This document shows, one piece after another, positions 63,028 to 64,000 of a stretch of DNA of 64,000 nucleotides. This DNA comes from Octopus sinensis (Eukaryota): NCBI RefSeq assembly GCF_006345805.1, contig NC_043000.1:35030001-35094000 (forward strand), written 5' to 3'. The notes beneath the pieces are model-generated. The model was not told where the DNA came from. It made no database searches and saw only the letters and a program-made list of their open reading frames with translations. How positions within the stretch are numbered: position 1 is the first letter of the stretch; the number at the start of each line of letters is the position of its first letter. The translations under genes were made by a program, and so were the position numbers.

Positions 63028-63196
63028 CATTAAATAGAGAAAACCTATGATCAACAAACAAACAAATTGGACCACATTGATAAATATTTTTTAATATAAA
63101 ACATGACATAACATTCTAACATCATGTTTTATATTAAAAAATATTTATCAATGTGGTCCAATTTGTTTGTTGATCATAGGTTTTCTCTATTTAATG
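63028..63196. repeat. ~170-bp near-perfect palindrome
   Basis: cattaaatagagaaaacctatgatc...aaaacatga vs tcatgtttt...gatcataggttttctctatttaatg; 15-nt spacer; one extra aaac in the left arm. Confidence 0.97.
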
Positions 63197-63554
63197 CTCA
63201 TTTATATATGTGTATGTGTATGTGTATGTGTATATATATATATATAAATGTAAATATACGATATATGTATGCATATATAGAGATAGATAGATGTATATAT
63301 ATATATCGATAAATAGACAGATAGATAGATATATGTATATATATGTGTGTGTGTACATATATATATATATACACACACACATACCACCATTACAGACATA
63401 CATTAATACAAATGGTGGCACAAAAATATAACAAACTTGGGAACAGTTGTTTGCCAATAGCTATGACTTTTATGAGAAACCTGGTCGAATTTCCTGTGAT
63501 TTTGATGACAACAACTGCAACAATAATACTTAGTGTAAGTAAAGAGTAGAGCAA

Positions 63555-64000
63555 CAAAACAACCACACTGTGGGATGTGCTGATACACATATAGTGGGGT
63601 GGGTGGTGGGGTGAAAAGACATTGTTGTCAAGACTATGAAGAAAGGAATGCTTTTATAGTCAATGTCTCAACCACCATCAATGGTAATGTTTCCCTAAAA
63701 GAAACAGAGAAATAACCTAAATATGAAGATTGGGAAATAGAGATAACCTGGCTGTTAGTTTTGAGAACTGAGACAATCTCTATAATGGGTGTCTTGAGAA
63801 CAATTAAAAGAAATGCAGACAAATACGTAACCAGGAGCCCCAGGACAAAAGAAAATAGTGCAGCCAAGTGCTATATGCCAAGTACGTATTATGTAGGACA
63901 TTTTCAATAGAGTCAGAAGAGAAAAGCCCAGTGTATACCAAAGCATACTCACAGGTTCACTGCATTGTGCAGTGAAAGCATGCAATAACATTAATAATAA
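63555..64000 (+). mobile_element. 3' fragment of an R4/Dong-type non-LTR retrotransposon (restriction-like endonuclease), degenerate
   Basis: TLWDVLIH..DIVVKDYEERNAFIVNVS..NVSLKETEK*PKYEDWEIEI..TETISIMGVL (cf. ILWD..I.TD..I..NRPDIV..KYKDL.IE..IPIIIGALG); ends in (TAA)n. Confidence 0.8.

Noticed and set aside
63985-64000. R4/Dong element as partner of family C SINE
   Set aside because: The SINE tail is (TTA)n on its sense strand, the element's is (TAA)n, and the 3' sequences do not align.

Overview
AT-rich, microsatellite-dense eukaryotic DNA with no long genuine ORF. The SINE families and repeat landscape match what I recall of octopus (coleoid cephalopod) DNA; this is an inference, not a database result. 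The window reads as a giant intron or gene-poor interval. It holds at least four SINE-like families, CR1/L2-group LINE fragments (7.35-7.96 kb, 9.05-10.24 kb, 59.3-60.1 kb), Penelope GIY-YIG remnants, an R4/Dong-type LINE 3' end, two DD37D (maT) Tc1/mariner derivatives, and pogo/Tigger, hAT-Charlie and piggyBac MITEs. It also holds five long foldback palindromes, several eroded Penelope-type hammerhead ribozyme motifs, a 32-bp minisatellite and huge (TA)n-derived arrays. A few short segments have strong splice signals (best: + strand 27772-27840 and 40192-40216), but I cannot name a host gene. Best observations: (1) a CR1-group LINE and the main tRNA-derived SINE share a 3' tail whose stem-loop shows compensatory base changes; (2) 170-345 bp near-perfect palindromes, one carrying hammerhead-like stem II + GAAA in both arms; (3) a pre-miRNA-sized hairpin at 36183-36231. 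Nearly all ORFs in the supplied track are microsatellite or transposon-antisense artefacts. Repeat boundaries are approximate, read by eye.
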